From: Opitutia bacterium
GTDB lineage: Bacteria > Verrucomicrobiota > Verrucomicrobiia > Opitutales > T3Sed10-336
NCBI GenBank assembly: GCA_050506795.1
Contig: JBJHCF010000015.1
Location: 33,030-97,029, forward strand
Direction: 5' to 3'
DNA: 64,000 bases
Shown here: positions 63,847 through 64,000 of the stretch, piece by piece
Layout of the letters: each line of letters begins with the position of its first letter
How positions within the stretch are numbered: position 1 is the first letter of the stretch
Notes under the pieces: generated by a model
The model's input: the letters and a program-made list of their open reading frames with translations, nothing else
What the model was told of the DNA's origin: nothing
Databases searched by the model: none
Made by a program: the position numbers and the translations under genes

Positions 63847-64000
63847 GAATGGCACGGTTAAGGCGTTTCATCGTTTGATGAAGCAAAAAATACAGCGGGA
63901 ATTGGACTCACACGGAGCCACGGAGCTCACGGAGGTGGGTCCGATTGAACTCTCCGTGCCTCCGTGTGAGAACCTTCACAGTTCAGCAATGCTTTAAAAC
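63847..64000. mobile_element. MITE-like repeat, family A copy 3 (truncated by window end)
   Basis: Near-identical to the reverse complement of 29417-29572. Confidence 0.85.

Overview
A GC-rich bacterial chromosomal window. Gene content and repeat style suggest Verrucomicrobiota (Opitutales-like); this is inference only. It holds housekeeping genes (xseA, acs, comEC, thiD, lpdA, clpB) and a complete pstSCAB-phoU operon next to a glycosyltransferase/PlcP-like/DAG-kinase lipid-remodelling trio with Pho-box-like repeats. It also has a sigma-54 two-component system, several secreted proteins and several REP/MITE-type repeat families. No rRNA, tRNA, CRISPR array or transposase was recognised. The three most unusual items are: (1) a 1665-aa alpha-2-macroglobulin whose bait region is replaced by about 6 transmembrane helices ending in a prepilin-like segment; (2) a cluster of Na+/solute symporter, non-canonical carbamoyltransferase and AsnB-type amidotransferase that could make an N-carbamoyl amino-acid amide; (3) a metzincin-tipped protein plus partner gene bracketed by a 44-bp coding direct repeat, resembling a swappable C-terminal cassette. 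All calls come from reading the sequence and its motifs; no database searches were run.
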